The notes beneath the pieces are model-generated. The model saw only the letters and a program-made list of their open reading frames with translations, ran no database searches and was not told where the DNA came from. From NCBI GenBank assembly GCA_051294375.1, contig CM119267.1, positions 13,525,081 through 13,589,080 on the forward strand: a stretch of DNA of 64,000 bases, written 5' to 3'. Position 1 is the first letter of the stretch. Each line of letters opens with the position of its first letter. The translations under genes and the position numbers were made by a program. This DNA comes from Paraspadella gotoi. Lineage: Eukaryota; Animalia; Chaetognatha. Positions 60,301-64,000 of the stretch are shown in pieces.

Positions 60301-62130
60301 AAATCTAGGCTGCTTACTTGTTTGCTTTTAGTTATGGTCACTATTACTGGTTTTTCGAAGGGCCCCTTTTAAAAGATACAACAATGACTCAAGTTGAATG
60401 AAAGGTTGCACAGTGAAATTTCTTTAACCTTGAAACAGCGTTGCACAGGGACGTCGACATTGCTACCAGCTTGTTTCTGTCAGAACTGCAATGTAAACGA
60501 ACCATCATCCAGTTGGGGCAATCAGAACCAAAGCAAATCGCTTGGGTGTGGTTAGAAGAATTGAACTCAAATCAGTATCATAAGGAAACAAAAAGGATCA
60601 ATAAACAATTTGTTCATTAGGTTATTTGTTGATTAAAAGAACTGATTCTTTATCATATTATATGTTAAAAAAAGCAAGTCCATATTGACAACCTCTGACA
60701 ATTTTTATATCTGGATTTGAACTTCTTCAAATTAAAAGGTTTTAGATGTTCACAGAAATGAGGAAACCAATAGTGTAATGCGTGGAATCTAGAATTAAAA
60801 GAGAACAAATAAATACAATTAAAGTGTTGAAAAACATAATTCAAAAACATTCAAACATCATAATTTCTACTGATTTTGGATCCAAAGTTAACATGAGGTT
60901 ATGTTTGATTTAAAAAAATTATCCAGTGACTTGTGAAATCTGTATTAAAACAATGCTTAGACTAAATTATTGAAAATCTAAGTTAGAATTGCTTGAATTT
61001 TTGCCTTCTGAGAGTTTTCTTTGATTACTAAAACCATCTCCAAATCCCATTAACAGTCTGGCACCAACAACACAAGTTGAAATCAGTAATTAGTTTTCTT
61101 TGCTTTTCCAAAGTTAAGATAAAAAATCTGCAGTGGCAATTGAAAATAAATCATGTTAAATCAATTTTAGTGCTATAAAATCTTCCTTGAAATGTTTCCC
61201 ACTTTTGTGACGTTTCATCAAAAAGTGTTCCTCCTCCATGGGAATCAACGGTTGCCAGATACCCCCCTTCATCAATGCAAATTTGTTCCGCCTTTCGCCA
61301 ACTGAGACGTGAGCATGAGGGGCACAATAACAAGATGTTTGAAGAGGGACGCGAGGCAGATCTCTTTTCAAGTCGAGTCCTTGTCTATCATTCAATGTTT
61401 TGATTTGATTGAAAATTCACAGAGGGCAAGACGGATTCGTGCAACTTTCTTTGCGCCAGTGTCCTTTCTTCCTATTATATGGCACCATTTTCGCATATTG
61501 CGCAGTGCGGTGGTTTTTACTTTCTGATCTGTCGCTGTTTAGTTTCCAATGGCATAGGAAGAAAATCCCCAGTGCTTACCAAACCCAAACGACTTCCTCA
61601 AGTTAGCATCAGTCGCATCCGATCCGAGCCAGGTTTGCTCGAATACCCTGAAAGTAGAGGAATTATCAAAATACATAATTTTTGAGTTAGTTATAACAAA
61701 ATAGGTTCGTTATTCTTTGACAAATTGTTAAAAATACCATAAAACCATTACAATTTTAAGTGCATAATAACTTAGATGTCCATTTTATTGACAATGGAGA
61801 TCTCATTACCCTATCATTGCCGATCCTCATGATTCATATTCCCGAACCTGAACGTTTGCATTCGCCACCACCCACCCACCACGCGTTTCAAAGTCATTGA
61901 ATACATCTGACGATAGCACAATAAGATATTATACACGGTTCAAGAAGTTAAAATACACTTCGCTTTGACTTATTTTTGAAGAGAATTTACTCACTCCCAC
62001 AGCTACAATTAATGATTGTAGTCCAGATCGTGAACCCTTCTGTCGTGAGCTCAATTTAGGTGTGTTTTCCTAGGCGCTAGTAGTGTTCAAAGACGTTACA
62101 AGAAGTCATGTTCAGCCCACTAATGGCGTT
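57370..62130 (-). CDS. Multi-exon, multi-C-type-lectin-domain gene (mannose-receptor-like architecture) with many single-base frameshifts; pseudogene or low-quality consensus
   Basis: Repeated CTLD motifs across shifting frames: LSWRKAEQICIDEGGYLATVDS (~61240-61310), SWDGAEKVC..KGGLLGTVDS (~58085-58150), KVCEREGAVIA and EGNFTFIDGS (~57515-57660), DARNI.QILGGDL (~58600-58645), TWLG and ALCE (~61410-61640), CVFL and AFLCEF (~59675-59770). Confidence 0.75.
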
Positions 62131-62489
62131 AAATTCACTTTAAATAACAAAATGTTATCAATCTATCTAAAGTTGTTTCATTACTTTCAGCCAATGCGAG
62201 AATTTAACATGTGTATATCTTAATCAACAAATTCCTCTTTTTCTCATTCTCATTTTTATTTCTCTCCTTCCAAAAACAGTTAAATTTTAGCTGGCTTGGT
62301 TGATTATGGCCTCCACTCAAATTTACAAAGAAATAATGACATAGAAATGACATCGTAGCTCTCAATCACAACTTAAGCGATCACTTTAAACCAGAAACCT
62401 AAGCTTTTGTTTTCAAATGGTTTAACCACGTTCATCCAGAGGACTCTCTCGATTGAAATCTTTTAAACTGTTTTTTTCCTGTTTGACTC

Positions 62490-62514
62490 NNNNNNNNNNN
62501 NNNNNNNNNNNNNN
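62490..62514. other. Assembly gap (25 N) with near-duplicated flanks
   Basis: TTTAAACTGTTTTTTTCCTGTTTGAC-N25-TTTAAAATTGTTTTTCTCTGTTTAC. Confidence 1.
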
Positions 62515-64000
62515 TTTAAAATTGTTTTTCTCTGTTTACTTTAATGATTGTTAAACTGAATGATTTTCAGTCTTGATTTGTCCTATATGTGAAATTAAAT
62601 ATTCTTATTCACTTTTACTACAGAAACGTTTTTATTTCTTTATCCTCAATGTATGAGTTACATTATAAGAAGATGAAACAAAATAAGTGAATCGGATCAA
62701 GTATTGTTCTACATCAAAAATGTAAACAAATAAACTATCAATTCTCTATCGATTCAAACTCAATCATTACAAATCAATGTAAATAAACTGAATCAAAACA
62801 ATTCGATATTTAACGCCAAAGATTTTCCTGCAACGTCGCCATGAAAGATACTTCAATATTTGCCAACGTCTTAGAACTCTAACGTTACAGTTTGCCACGG
62901 TACTTCGTCACGCTGTTGCTGGCCTCAGTCACCAGGCCACAAATCTAAATAACAATATGACAAATTCATTTTTATTTTTTTTATGAATGGGAAGTTTTCT
63001 CTGGCTTACTCCCTTGTGTCATAATTATTTAATATTTTAGAGGTATTTCAAAACCTTATATAATTACTATATTTTACTTTTTTCAAATTCTTTCAAACAA
63101 AAATATCATAAAAACATTTTATAATAAAAAAATAAATTGATCGAATGATTTTGAAAAATATTGAAAACTTAAGAAATAATGGATTTCGAGTTAGGAAAAA
63201 AATTTTGCAATTTCTAAAAAAATCAGCCTCTAGCCTTTCGGATTTTTTAGAGGCTGATTTTTAAATTTTTTTGAATATTTTGATTTTCTATGCAAAACAT
63301 TATTCTCAATGAGCATAGGTCGACGAACTTTTTTTTCAATAATTTGAAAAAATTTCAAACTTTTCTAATTAGGCTTTTTTGGGGAAATAAATAAATAAAT
63401 TGTATAACAATGGGTACATCTAAAAGTGATATGTCTCTAAATGATAACAACATTTTCTTCAAGTTTTATTTTTTGAAATTCAAGTATTGTACCATAGAAA
63501 ATATGTGAGATACACTTGCTTTGCCGAAATTTTTAGTTAAAGATTGTACTGCGTAGTTTTTACTTCCTATGATATCACACTTTTTTAAGAATCAATCGTA
63601 ATTCGTAGTAGTTTTTATATAAAAAAGTGTTATAAATAAAATGAACAAATCCGAGTAATTGATATAAAACTTGTCAATTTATAAAGATTTGATGATGAGA
63701 ACCAAATTTAATTTTTTAACTTCCTATATTTCTAATTGTAGAAAAAACGACGACTACACAAAGAAGCCATTCTAAACAATAATCACGCCAAGATATTGTT
63801 ATCCGCTTAAGCCCGTCTGGCGAGATAAAAAAACATGAACTCTTAGCATTAGGTTATATGGCCCCTTACAGAAAAAATCAAGGCCCTCTTAGAACCTGAA
63901 TCGATTTTCAAATAGAAGAATGAATGATTATATGATTAAAAATTCATTGCGTTTATTCTCTCTTTTCTTTGTTTGGTAATTAGACGAGAAAAATAGAATT

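Overview
AT-rich, repeat-dense metazoan genomic scaffold with spliceosomal introns, TTAGGG-type repeats and two 25-N gaps; no prokaryotic systems or CRISPR. Host genes, all on the minus strand: a two-exon ATP synthase subunit e gene; a divergent POU-homeobox ORF whose reading frame is cut short by an 8-bp tandem duplication; a large AT-hook plus multi-HMG-like exon only 129 nt upstream of the POU ORF; a spliced, low-complexity protein with SUMO-interacting-like motifs; and a frameshift-ridden multi-C-type-lectin gene. The intergenic and intronic DNA is a nested mobilome. It includes Penelope-like element (GIY-YIG) 3' ends and about 12 minimal hammerhead ribozyme motifs, many in fold-back pairs. 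It also includes several Helentron/DINE-1-like non-autonomous families (one carrying a 72-nt tRNA-Gly-like module), a ~600-bp TAG...CTA element with exact 7-bp TSDs, tRNA-derived SINE-like pieces and satellites. The ~2.5-kb inverted copy at 37.2-39.8 kb looks like an error-laden long-read gap-fill artefact. All calls are by eye, without database searches.
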